A stretch of DNA of 33,779 nucleotides from Rhizaria sp. SCN 62-66 (taxonomy: Eukaryota), in NCBI GenBank assembly GCA_001724265.1, contig MEDY01000101.1:124001-157779 (forward strand), written 5' to 3'. Position numbers and translations under genes: made by a program. Below are positions 1 through 10,900 of this stretch, in pieces (the first letter of the stretch is position 1; each line of letters opens with the position of its first letter). The notes beneath the pieces were generated by a model that worked only from the letters and a program-made list of their open reading frames with translations, was not told the DNA's origin and did not search any database.

Positions 1-2
1 AG

Positions 3-3000
3 CAAGGCTTTGCCTGGCCCCGCGCCGCGTCGGCCTGGGCCACAGTCGCCGCGACCGTTGTCCCTGCATCACAGTCTCATGACAGCGCTGCGCAGACGAG
101 CGAGAGCACCTCGGGATCAGCGCCCGCTGCTGTTTCCTTGGCTGCCAGCGTTATCGGTATCTCTGGTAGCTCGAGTGCGCAGGCACAGCAGGCGGTTCAG
201 CACCAGTCACATCTACAGTCGCAGCTCGCCTTCGCCACTGGTGACGCCTCGCGCCGCCTGCTTCCCTGGCTCCCGCCCCCCGCTCTGCCCTCGACGCTCG
301 CGCCCAGCTCCACCATTAGTGGCCGCTTCGCGTCTGTGGCTAGCCCGCCTAGCGTGCGCTACACAGTCACCGAGATCGCGGTCCGCGTTTCCGACTCGCT
401 GCTCGACTATAACCCCGCCAACGCGGCCGGCCGCGCCGCGCTGCGCGTCGGGCTCGTCACCGTAGACCTCGCCAAGCAGCGCCAGCGCGCCGCTTGGCGC
501 CTGCCCCAGTTCGCCACCGCGGCCGCGCTCGCAGCCGCCAACGACAGCACAGCGCCCAACAGCAGCGCCAGCAGCGCTGCAGCCCTGGCGGGTGGTGCTG
601 TGGCGGGCGCGCTCACCGCCGCGCTGCTGCCCGGCGGCGCGGGCGAGCTGACCGCGGCGACCTCTTTGGGCGGGCTCGCGCTCACGGTCACCGCGCGCGG
701 GCTCGCGCTACACGTACTCGACAGGGCGCAGAAGACCGGCTTTGCCGCCGTCGCGCCTGTGCCGGACTACCTGCCATGGCGCAAGCACGGGCGCTTTACT
801 TCACATAACATCGCAGGTGTCAACGCCGGTAGCAGCAGTAGCGCTGCACGCAGCGTGAACACTGCGGCGAAAACCGCCGAAACTGCTGTGAATAAGCCGT
901 TCTTGAACCAATACCAGCAGCAACAGCAGCAATCCCAGCAGCAGACCCTCTCACCCGAGCCCTCGGCCCCGGACGCGTCTGCGTCAGCCCTCGCGGCAGA
1001 CGCCGCAGTCGCCGACGCCTTCGGCGGCCTCGCGTCCGGCCAGGAAGCGCTGGCCCGCGACGTGCGGCGCTCTCTGCCCGCGGCCGTCGTGTCCCGCGCC
1101 GGCGAGGACGAGGAGGCCGCGTCAGACCCGCTGCTGCGGCCGCCACGCGCGCGACAGGGTCCCGCGCCGGTGTACGTGCCGTGGGCGCTCGCGCTGCTGC
1201 GTGCACGCGCCGAGGCTGTCGCCGCCTGTGCTCCCACTGGCCTGTACGTGTCGTGCCTGACGTCGCCGTTCCTCGCAGCCGTGCCGCGCCCGCGCCTGCT
1301 GCTGCCCGTCAGCGACAACGATGCGGGCAGCGCGACGGCCGCGACTGCTGCTGCGGCCGAGGACGCGACGGTGAGCGACTTCGTGGGCGCGTTCCTGCGC
1401 TCGCACTGCTTCATCAAGGTGTTCACCGTCGCATCCCTCTCGGTCTCCGTCGACAGAGAGCCCGGATGCGACTGCAACGGGGCGGACTCGGGCGCCACCG
1501 CAAAGGACACAGGTAGTGCGAGTGCAAGTGCTGACGGTAAATGCGGGTGCAATGGCGCGTGTGATGAGCGTCGCTACGACGTCGAGTCCGGCTGGAACTA
1601 CGCGACTCAGGTTACAGACCGGCTGAACCGCTACATCTCCGCTCTGCAGCTCGCGCGCGTCACCTCCACCAGCGCGAATAACACCGCGCCCGCGCTTGTG
1701 CTGCCGCTGTGTCTGTACTCGCGCGACACCACCGCGGCGCTGACCCCGGCCGCGGAGAGGCTGTTCCCGCCCGCCGCGCCGCCCGCGCCCGTGACGGCGC
1801 TGTCGCGCGTGCTCGCGCTTGCCTCCGAGGCGGGCCTCTCTGCACCGATGGGAGCCGCGACGTCGGCGGCCGCGGCGCACTGCAACGCGGTAGCCGTGGG
1901 CGCGACCTGCGTCAGCGCCGCCGCGGTGCTGCTCGGAGACATGGCACGCGCTCTCGGCCTCAGCAGCAGCGCGGGCACTGCGACGGACTCCGCAGCAGTG
2001 CACCGCGGGCTGGGCCTTGACCTGTCTGCGCTGGCGCCTCTGGCCCACACGGACCCGCGCCTGTTCGGGCTGCCATCGGCCTTTCCCCGCGCTCGCTCGC
2101 ACACGCACGGTTACGGCTTCAGCCACGGCTACGGCGGCGGGCTGGGCACAGTGGGCAGTGGCGGCCTCAGCACGAGCACCGGGGCGAAGTGCCTGGCCGT
2201 GCGCGTTAGCGGCGTGACCGCGGATGTGTGTGCCGATTCGCTCTCGGTGCTCATCACGCTGTCGAGCAAGCTGTCCGCGCTGGTCATCTCGCCGCCCACG
2301 GAGAAGGAGGTCGCCGTTCTCACCGCCGTCTCCGACGACGCAGACAACGCTACGCTTAGGCGCGGCAGCGTTATCGGCGCTGATTGCGCTGCATTAGCCT
2401 CGCCAACCTGCGGTGGTGCGCCTTACGTCTGCCCGTCGTGTGCCTCGCTCTCCGCCGACTACAACGCGAACGCTGCAACCGGCACAGGCACGCAGTGCCC
2501 GCCATCGCCCGCGCATGTCTCCGCCTCGGACGCCCACGCCGCCGCGTCTAGCAACAGCGCGGCGGCGAGCCCCAGCCCCGGCTCGGCACTCGCTGCGGCG
2601 CTCGGTGCTGCTCTCGACAACGCTGCGGTCACTGGCCCTGGTACCGTCGCAGGGCTCGGCTTCGGCAACGTTGCCGACGGTGGCCTCTTCGCGGGTGCGA
2701 GCGCTGAGTTCTTCGCGCACACGCTTACGCCGGCGCCCAAGGCGGCTACACACGTGGGCGCCGTGACTACGCCGCAGCGCGCGCCTCAGCCTGATGCGTC
2801 TACTCCTGCCCGTGACAGCTGCGCTAATAGCATTGAGAGGAGTAAGACTCTGAAGGCGGTCATTGCTATTGATGATGGCGAAGGCGATGACGACCTGTTC
2901 GGCGACCGCGACCCCCTGTTCGATGGCAACACCGGTCTCCGCACGCGCGGCGTAAGCGCCTTCACAGACTCGCCGTCCTCGGGCACGCGCGGCCTCACAC

Positions 3001-6000
3001 ACATTGCTGACGGTCCCGGCGTCGGCGGCGGGTTCGGGTACCACGTCATCGACGAGTACGACGGCACCCGGGCCCCGAACAGCAGCTCTATTGCCAGCGC
3101 CCACGCCGACGCGAGCGGCAGTGCGACCGGCCTCGACCCCGCTGCGGCCGCGATCGCGAACGCCGTGCGCAATGCCGCCGGTGCTGGGGTCAGCGACGCG
3201 GGCGCGAGTATGTTTGCTCCTCCCGGTGCCATCGGCTTGCCGGCGGCGCTCGCAGACGACTACTTTGACTCGCGCGCATATGCTCGCCACGGCTCTGTTA
3301 CGGCGACGGCAACCACGAATAACACTGGTGTTGCTTCTGCTCATCTGCAGCCTCGACCCCAACAACTGCAGCAGCAGCAGCCTAGCAACCGCGGTACCGC
3401 GCCGCAGCAGTATCAACCGTCTGCGCGCCAGCACCACGCCCCCGGTGCACGTGCTCCTGCCCCGCTTTCCACCAGCGCGACGACGTCTTCCAGCAGCATG
3501 TTCGCGGCATCCCCCAGCGGCGGCGGCGGCCTGTCCGCGCCCGTGACCTTCGACCAGCGTGGACTGCCCGCCGGGTTTGTGGCGAGCCACCACGCCGCGC
3601 TGCCGGCGCCGCTGCTGCACGCAGCCGTGCTGCCGGGCTACGCCGCCGCGCCCGCGCTGCCCACGGCCGAGGCGTGGTGCCGCGACGAGCTCGCGCCCGC
3701 GCACGCCGCTGCCGCGCTCGCGCCCGCGCCGGTCATGGGCTGGCACCTCTGCGTGCTGCCGTCCTCCGTGCCGTGCCCTTTTGCCGCGGGTCTGCCGCCA
3801 CCGCTCGCGCACACGCATAGTGGCGCCAACAGTGGCAGCAAGAAGCGCAGCGGTGTGACGCAACGGTGCGTGTGCTGTGGCGCTCCTGCGCTCAATAGCG
3901 CTAGTGCCGAAACCGGCAGCACGAGCAGCGACTCCTCTGACGAAGATGACGACGACTGCAGCACGAGCGCCAGCGCCACCGCGCCGCTGCGCCGCCTGCG
4001 CCGCGCCTGGGCTCGCGCCTCGGCCGCGACGGCGTCGCTGCGCGCGGCCACCGCGGCCGCCATCGCCGCGAGCAGCGTTCTCACGGTCACCGTCGATGCC
4101 GTCACGCTCACGCTCCACGGCGGCCGCGACTGGCGTGACAGCTATCTCGGCGCTTACGGCACCAGCGCCAGCGCCAGCGCAAGCAGTGCGAACGCGGGCG
4201 GCAGCGGCGTCAGTGGCCGGCGCGGCAGCGGTAGCGGCGGCGCTGCGGCTCGGTCGAGTGGCAGTGCGGAGGAGCTGACGCGGCACCACTACGAGCGACA
4301 GCAGCTCAAGGCCAGTCGCAGCCGCCGCTCGAGCCTCGCCGCCGCTGTCGGCGGCGCTGGCCACGGCGACAGCAGGCCGCGCGGCGGCTCGCGCGACGGG
4401 GGCGCAGGTGCTCCAGACGCCGTATACGTCTTCCACTACAACAACAGCGCAAGCAACAGCAACGCTGGCTTGAGTCATGCCAACGCGGATGGGCTGTCCA
4501 ACGGCGCCGATCTCCCCGCGAGCGCGTCTGGCGACGCCGGTCTCCGCGCTGCGCTCAACTCGCTGACCAGCAACGGCAGTCTCTCAGCGGGCCACCACGG
4601 GCACAGCTCTGCAGCGGCCCGCGCGCACGCCGAGGCCGAGGCCGCCGCCCTGCAGCGCGCGTTCCGCCTCACGCCGTTCGACTGGACGCCCGACGTCTTC
4701 TCGCTGCGCCGCGGCCGCGCGCGCGTGGTGTCCTCGGCCGCCGCGCTCGCGCTGCTGTACGACGAGCTGACTGACGCTGAGGCCATTCTGCTCTGCGCCG
4801 CCGTGCCCGACGCGCGCCGCGGCCGCCGCGACCCCGCGCGGCGCCTGCAGCTGTGCGTGCGCGGCATCGCGGTGCGCCAAGACGCCTTCTCACGCCCCGC
4901 GCCGCCGCCGCTGCTCACGGCCCCCGCTGCGGCTGCGCTGGCCCCGCCCGTACTGTCGGTCGCGATCGTGACGGCGGAGCAGCGGCTGCGCGCGCACAAG
5001 GCCGCACGCGCCGCCATCGCCGCGTCGGCGCCCGCGCACCGCCCCGCCGCGGCTGCCCTTGCGATTGTCGCCGAGGCTGAGTTCGCGGACGCGCTCTGCG
5101 CTGCGGCGCGTGCGGCGGAGCTGTACGACCTCCGGGGCGCGCGGCTGCCGCAGAAGCTGCGCGGGCTCGACACGGGCGGCGCCGGGTGGTTGGCCACCCG
5201 GATTGCGGTGGCTGTGGAGGACATCTCAATCGACGACCTTGTGCAAGCGTCGCTGGTGAACAAGCTGCTCGCCAGGCTTCCCGCGGCCGCGTTCGCGCCC
5301 CCTGCCGCGTACGGCTACGGCGACGGCGGCGGCAAGAACGGCAAGTCAGCCGGCCGCGGCAACACGCGCAGTGCAGGCAAGTCGGCCAACGCGAGCGGCA
5401 CCAACGCCGGTTCAGGCGTCGTGTCGCGGTTCATGTCCACGCATGGCAACCCGACTGTGCGCGCCACGGGCGGCGCGCGCCCCGCCGTGGCCGTGGAGGT
5501 CTGCGCAGTGCGCCCCAGCGGCGCCGCGGCGGCGACGCGCGAGGAGCTCCGCGTGCGGCTCGCGCTGGCTCCGCTCAAGGTCAATCTCGACCAGGACGCC
5601 GCTGATTTAGTTGTGGAGGCCGCCCTTGGCTGCATCGGCTACAGGCCGCTGCAGCCGGACTGGGAAGTGCTGGCTGCCGCGGCCGAGGACGACTTCGCGG
5701 AGCTGGCGATGCAGCAGCAGCAGGACGAGGATGAGGACGAGGGCTACGTTGTGGACGCGCGCTCCCGTGCGACGCACCGCCGCGGTAGCTCGACTGCGAC
5801 TGCGGGGCTGCTCGACACCAACGCAGCGCCCGAGTCCGGATCTGACTCAGACTCCGAGTCAGAGCATTCCCGCAACATCGCAAGTCGCGGCAGCGTCGCC
5901 GATGGTGACAAGTCCGCCGCCGGCCCCGGCGTTACCGCCCACAGTGAGACCGAGCATGAGGGCGATGAGAGCGAGAACGACGGCGTGGCCGAGGTTGCAG

Positions 6001-7139
6001 TGGTGGCTTTCATCCAGCGCCTCGAGATCGCGCCCCTGCTGCTCAACATCGACTACATGCCCAAGCGGGTCAACTACGCCGACCTGCAACGCGGCTCCGT
6101 CGCCGAGCTGTTGCACCTGTTCCCACTGGAAGACTTCCTCATCGCGCTCCCCGCGCTTGCCGCGGACTCCATCTCGGGCCCTGACGTCCCCGCGTGGCTA
6201 CTGCGTGCCGTGCAAGCGAGTCTGCCGCGGCAGGTGGCGAGCTACCTGGGCGCGATCCAACCCGTGCGCGCCGTCGCCGAGGCCGCGAGCGGCGTTGCGG
6301 ACCTGGTGCTCGTCCCGCTCACGCACGTGCGCCGTGACGGGCTTGCGCGCGGGCTGCTGCGCGGCGTGCGCTCGCTCGGCGTCGGGCTCACCAAGGCCAC
6401 GCTCACTGCCACGATGCAGGTGCTCACGCTCGCCTCCACGGCCGTCGACGCGCTGGGTGCCGCCGCGGGGCCAGACCTGCTCTCGCGCCGCATTGAAGAG
6501 GCGCGGCGGGAGCGCGCATCGCGGCTTGCGCAGGGCCGTGCGGGCGGGCGGCGCCTGGGGCCCGTGCCCGAGGCCGCGCGCGGGCACATGCTGGCGCACC
6601 AGGCCGCGCAGCGGCAGCGCGGACCTGTGCCGCGCGGACTGGCCGAGGGCGCCGCGCAGGGCTGGGCCGCGCTGACCGAGGCGCTGCAGCGCGCGGCGCA
6701 GAACATCGTGGCGATCCCGCTGCAGGACTACGAGGAGCACGGAGCCGGCAAGGCCGCGGTGTCGGTGCTGCGCGCGCTGCCCGCCGCGGTGCTGCAGCCG
6801 CTGGCGGGCACGGCGGCAGCGCTGAGCAAGGTTGCGCAGGGTGCGGCGCACGCGCTTGACCACGGTAAGCGCGATGTGCAGGTCGGCAAGTTCAAGAAAC
6901 TTGCTAATGCGAGGACCTCGAGCTCCAACGCCAACTCCAGCTCACAACAACCGCCGCAACAGCGGTCATCTGTTTTGAATGCAGGTGACGGTGATGGCGA
7001 TGATGGGACTGGGCGCGGAATCTTCGACGATGAAGGTGATGTGCGCGAGTTTGGCTTCGATAGCAATGGCGATAGTAATGACGAAGATGAGGAGGAGGAA
7101 GAGGAAATGAGCAACGGCAGCAACAACAGGCGGTACTAA
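3..7139 (+). CDS. ATG2: Autophagy-related protein 2 (lipid-transfer protein), 5'-truncated; one continuous >7.1 kb reading frame
   Basis: The frame is open from position 3 (upstream of the ORF track's TTG at 138) to TAA 7137-7139, so the gene starts before the window. The C-terminal region has ATG2 hallmarks: LRVRLALAPLKVNLDQDA, FIQRLEIAPLLLNIDYMPKRVNYADLQRGSVAELLHLFPLE, GVADLVLVPL..GLARGLLRGVRSL, and ATG_C-like GAAQGWAALTEALQRAAQNIVAIP..VLRALPAAVLQPLAGTAAALSK. Long Ala/Ser/Gly/Gln low-complexity stretches lie between these blocks. Confidence 0.85.
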   Translation, partial: QGFAWPRAASAWATVAATVVPASQSHDSAAQTSESTSGSAPAAVSLAASVIGISGSSSAQAQQAVQHQSHLQSQLAFATGDASRRLLPWLPPPALPSTLAPSSTISGRFASVASPPSVRYTVTEIAVRVSDSLLDYNPANAAGRAALRVGLVTVDLAKQRQRAAWRLPQFATAAALAAANDSTAPNSSASSAAALAGGAVAGALTAALLPGGAGELTAATSLGGLALTVTARGLALHVLDRAQKTGFAAVAPVPDYLPWRKHGRFTSHNIAGVNAGSSSSAARSVNTAAKTAETAVNKPFLNQYQQQQQQSQQQTLSPEPSAPDASASALAADAAVADAFGGLASGQEALARDVRRSLPAAVVSRAGEDEEAASDPLLRPPRARQGPAPVYVPWALALLRARAEAVAACAPTGLYVSCLTSPFLAAVPRPRLLLPVSDNDAGSATAATAAAAEDATVSDFVGAFLRSHCFIKVFTVASLSVSVDREPGCDCNGADSGATAKDTGSASASADGKCGCNGACDERRYDVESGWNYATQVTDRLNRYISALQLARVTSTSANNTAPALVLPLCLYSRDTTAALTPAAERLFPPAAPPAPVTALSRVLALASEAGLSAPMGAATSAAAAHCNAVAVGATCVSAAAVLLGDMARALGLSSSAGTATDSAAVHRGLGLDLSALAPLAHTDPRLFGLPSAFPRARSHTHGYGFSHGYGGGLGTVGSGGLSTSTGAKCLAVRVSGVTADVCADSLSVLITLSSKLSALVISPPTEKEVAVLTAVSDDADNATLRRGSVIGADCAALASPTCGGAPYVCPSCASLSADYNANAATGTGTQCPPSPAHVSASDAHAAASSNSAAASPSPGSALAAALGAALDNAAVTGPGTVAGLGFGNVADGGLFAGASAEFFAHTLTPAPKAATHVGAVTTPQRAPQPDASTPARDSCANSIERSKTLKAVIAIDDGEGDDDLFGDRDPLFDGNTGLRTRGVSAFTDSPSSGTRGLTHIADGPGVGGGFGYHVIDEYDGTRAPNSSSIASAHADASGSATGLDPAAAAIANAVRNAAGAGVSDAGASMFAPPGAIGLPAALADDYFDSRAYARHGSVTATATTNNTGVASAHLQPRPQQLQQQQPSNRGTAPQQYQPSARQHHAPGARAPAPLSTSATTSSSSMFAASPSGGGGLSAPVTFDQRGLPAGFVASHHAALPAPLLHAAVLPGYAAAPALPTAEAWCRDELAPAHAAAALAPAPVMGWHLCVLPSSVPCPFAAGLPPPLAHTHSGANSGSKKRSGVTQRCVCCGAPALNSASAETGSTSSDSSDEDDDDCSTSASATAPLRRLRRAWARASAATASLRAATAAAIAASSVLTVTVDAVTLTLHGGRDWRDSYLGAYGTSASASASSANAGGSGVSGRRGSGSGGAAARSSGSAEELTRHHYERQQLKASRSRRSSLAAAVGGAGHGDSRPRGGSRDGGAGAPDAVYVFHYNNSASNSNAGLSHANADGLSNGADLPASASGDAGLRAALNSLTSNGSLSAGHHGHSSAAARAHAEAEAAALQRAFRLTPFDWTPDVFSLRRGRARVVSSAAALALLYDELTDAEAILLCAAVPDARRGRRDPARRLQLCVRGIAVRQDAFSRPAPPPLLTAPAAAALAPPVLSVAIVTAEQRLRAHKAARAAIAASAPAHRPAAAALAIVAEAEFADALCAAARAAELYDLRGARLPQKLRGLDTGGAGWLATRIAVAVEDISIDDLVQASLVNKLLARLPAAAFAPPAAYGYGDGGGKNGKSAGRGNTRSAGKSANASGTNAGSGVVSRFMSTHGNPTVRATGGARPAVAVEVCAVRPSGAAAATREELRVRLALAPLKVNLDQDAADLVVEAALGCIGYRPLQPDWEVLAAAAEDDFAELAMQQQQDEDEDEGYVVDARSRATHRRGSSTATAGLLDTNAAPESGSDSDSESEHSRNIASRGSVADGDKSAAGPGVTAHSETEHEGDESENDGVAEVAVVAFIQRLEIAPLLLNIDYMPKRVNYADLQRGSVAELLHLFPLEDFLIALPALAADSISGPDVPAWLLRAVQASLPRQVASYLGAIQPVRAVAEAASGVADLVLVPLTHVRRDGLARGLLRGVRSLGVGLTKATLTATMQVLTLASTAVDALGAAAGPDLLSRRIEEARRERASRLAQGRAGGRRLGPVPEAARGHMLAHQAAQRQRGPVPRGLAEGAAQGWAALTEALQRAAQNIVAIPLQDYEEHGAGKAAVSVLRALPAAVLQPLAGTAAALSKVAQGAAHALDHGKRDVQVGKFKKLANARTSSSNANSSSQQPPQQRSSVLNAGDGDGDDGTGRGIFDDEGDVREFGFDSNGDSNDEDEEEEEEMSNGSNNRRY

Positions 7140-7965
7140 TGTCTCGGAGTTTGTTGTTGTAATTTGCCTATCACACTTTACGAAGACAACTGTTACAGAA
7201 TATGACACCTTTACATTGATGAACGATTAATAAACAGAACTTATGAATTTGTATCAGCTAATTTTATATTTGACATTATTGCACTTTAGAAAATAGTTCC
7301 TACCTGCTGCAGATGAGGGTTAGGGGGGGGACTAAATTGATCACGGATTTATCACCTTTAAAGTTGTTCCCATAAACAAAAATAAAATCGTAAATTAAAA
7401 ACAACAATGGCAAATATAAGTGGTATGCTGAACACAACTTGTGAACTACTCATTACTCCTAGCCTATTCGCACGTATTTTGAATCACAAAAATGTCACCG
7501 GAGCTGAAGCGTGAGGAGGGCTCTGAGTCGGTCGCAACCCTTTAGCGTTTCAACGGCGATTGGTAGCCCAGCGTTGCCTTTTCAGAGAATTCGGAGGCGT
7601 CTATGATGTTGGCAAGCCCGGCTGAGCGTTGACAGTTGTTAAAGAGGGAAGATCACGACGCAATTAGAGTGAGACTGGGTCAGCTGTGACCTGAAGTGTG
7701 ATTTGTTGAACCAATTTTGGGTGATTAAAAAAAATGATAGAATGATGCAAGTGCGTCAAAACAATATTAATTTTGTATTCTCTTTATCGTGATCCTTCGT
7801 TGAAGTGCAGGAAGGCACGACGTTGTGTAATACAACAAGCACATGCGTACTACACTTAAACAAACGGCACAGAACAAATTATAATCTATAGAAAACCAAA
7901 ACACAAGCATACTATTAATACGTATTATCATCGAATGTAATCTGGCACCTCTCGCGCCGCGCTAC

Positions 7966-10900
7966 TCACTCCGCGAGCGAGAAAACGGGCAGCCCGCGGT
8001 CGCCCGCCCCGCCCGCAGCGCCCGCGGCAGCGGCGGCGACGGCGCCCTGAAGCTGGTCGACCCGCGTCTGGAGGTCGAGCACCTGCCTCTGCGCGGCGGC
8101 GACCGTGGCGGCCGTCTCCGCGTCCTCCTCGACGTGCGCACGCGCGCGGAGCACGGTCTCATCGTAGTGGCGCGCGAGGTGCTGCAGCTGACGCACCAGC
8201 TCCGCGCGCTGCACCAGCAGCACGTCGCGGTCCACCGCCAGCTGCGCCGCCACGCCCACATTCGCAGCAGCATCGGCGCCGACAGCCGCGCCCGCGGGCG
8301 CAGCACCGCTGGTGTTCGCGTCAGTAGAACTCGCGTTCATGCCGCTATGAGCGCTGCCAGTGTTGGAGCTCGCGGTGGCGTTAGCGCTGTGCTGGTAGTC
8401 GAGCGCTGGCACAGCCATCACCACGGGGCAAGGCGCCTTGTGAATCAGCTTCAGGCGCGTCTCGCAGTCGCTCGCGTCGACGTCGAACACAACCTGGCGC
8501 ACCTGGCCGTGCCACAGCGCGGCCTCGCTTCCCGCGGCGCGCACTGCGCGCGCGACGGCCACAGTGCCCCGCGCCGCCGCGGCCGCGAACTCGCGCGACG
8601 AGGCGGTGACTGAGAGCAGCGCGGCGCGCGTGGCGAGCGCGTGCTGCCACAGTCCCGAGATCTGGGACTGGCACAGCGCGCCGCGCTCCGACAGCCGGCC
8701 AAGCTCGGCCGCCGTGTTGCTGTTGGGGTCGCGGAGCCGGAAGCGCGCTTGGAGCGTGTTGAGCTCGCTCCAGACCGAGGACAGCGCCTCGAACAGTGCG
8801 GAGGACACCGCGGAGACGGTGACTGAGGCCGGGAGCAGCGCCGTAAAGGGTGCAGGCGCGGGGCCAATCACGCGCGACACAGCGCTACTGCTACCGCTTC
8901 CGCCGCCGCAGCTATTCTCGAGCGACTGGGCCTCGTCGTAAAGCCCCAGGGAACGCAGCACGCGCGCGGCCTCGCCCGCGTTGGCACTCGCGCTGCCCGC
9001 CGCGGAGCCGGCGACGACGTCGTCGGTGCCGGCGGCGGGGCGCGGGTTGAGCATGCCGAGGCAGACGCTGCGGACGAGGGCCTGCTCGGTGGCGAGCGTG
9101 TCCTCGACCGAGGCCAGCGCGGCGCAGACCGACTGCAGCGCGCGCTGGGCCGCGGCCACCTCGGGCACGCTCAGCTCGCTGCCGTCAACGACGGCGCCGT
9201 GCGCAGCGCCCTTGCTCGGGGAGCTCGCGCCCGCGGAGGCCGCGCCGGCGACACGTGCCATGGCGGCGCGCACGGCGTCAGCGTCCTTGGCGACGGCCTG
9301 CTGCGCGGCGGTGAGCGAGGCCTGAAGCCGGGCGACGTCGCCGGCGGCGCGCTCCTCGGCCTCGGCCCATTCACCCTCGCGTGCGGCCAGCTCGGTCTGC
9401 GCGACGAGCGCGCGCTGCTGCGATGCCGCCGCGCGGGCCTCGAGCTCGGCGACGGCCGCGGCGTGGCGCGCGGTCGCGGAGGAGAGCTCGGCCTCAGCGG
9501 CGGCGGCGGCGCGGCGGTGGGACTCGCCCTGCTCGGCCGTCGTCACCAGACGGGCGTATACCTAAAAATCAAACATCGTAAGAAGACAATCATATCGGTG
9601 AGACAATGCTAGAGATAATAGACAAAAGCATGTAAGAACAATTGGTTGACATGGAATTAATGACATACCTGGTTGTGCTTCTCGCGCGCAGTAGCGAGAT
9701 CGGCGGAGAGCTCGGACTCCCGCTGGCGCAGTTGCGACACAGTGGCGTGCGCCTGCGCGGTGAGACGCTCCTTCTGCACCAAGTAAAGGTCGCGCTCGCG
9801 CGTGACCTTCTCGAGCATCGTGTCGGGCTTGTCGAGCGCCTCCTTCATGCGGCGCAGCGACGAGTCCTTCTCGGCGATGGTGCCTTCGAGGGCCTTGTTG
9901 ACGGCGGCGACGCGGTCCAGCTCGGCCTGCGCGCGCTCCATGTGCGCGCGGTACGCCTGCGCGTCGCCGAGCTGGCTCTGTAGCGACGAGATCGACGCCT
10001 GCGCCTGGCGCTCGGCGCCGACCGAAAGCTCCAGCTTCTTGCTGCACTCGAGCAGCGCAAGCTTGAGCTGGCCCACCGCGGCCGTGGCCTCGGCGTTGTC
10101 GCGGGCGTACTGGTCGAGTCGCTGCGCAGCGAGGGAAAGCTTGCGCATGGCGTCGCAGTATTTGCTCTTCATGTCGTCGCGCGCCGCATCAGCGGCGTTA
10201 ATCTAAGAAAGTTAAAACCAAAGGTACAATCAATAGCGGTGAGCTTCATTCAAACGTTTAGAATGTCGCAACAAGAGATGAAACAACGAAATTAAAAGAG
10301 TCAACAATAGAAATAAATGCGTACCTGAGCGCGAAGAGCGGGGTGGCTGTGCGCGTCCCGGAGCTGCTGGAGCTCGACCTCCGCATCCTGCACGCGCGAC
10401 GAGAGGCGTTCGGCCTCCGACTTAGCACTGGCGAGCTTGAGCCCCAGCTGCGCCTCGCCCTGGCGGAGGCGGCGGACCTCGCCCTCGAGCTCGACGATGA
10501 GCGCGCGCGACTCCTCCAGCGACACGACCTGCTGCGAGGCCGCCTTGCTGAGCAGCGCCTCGACCTTGAGCTTGAGGCACTGGATCTCGCCCTCCTTCTG
10601 CGCCATCGCGGTCGCGGCCTCGGCGATCTTCCCGCGCAAGTCGCGCACGAGCTCGTCGGCCTTTTCGCCTGCCGCCTTAAGCGCGGCCTGGGCGTCGTCC
10701 TTGAGCCGGTCCGCGCGCTCGCTCGCCGCGGCCCGCTCGGACCGCAGCAGCCGCTCGGCGGCGACGACGTCCTCGCGCGCACTGACGGCGGCGCGCTCGG
10801 CCTCGTCGGCCTGCGCCGTGAGCCGCGCGACGTCAGCCTTGCTCACGCGCAGCTCCGCCTGCGAGCGCGCGTTGTCGTCCTCGCACTGGCGCCGGGCCAC

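Noticed and set aside
7317-7330. GGGTTAGGG telomere-like motif
   Set aside because: A single unit only, not a tandem array.
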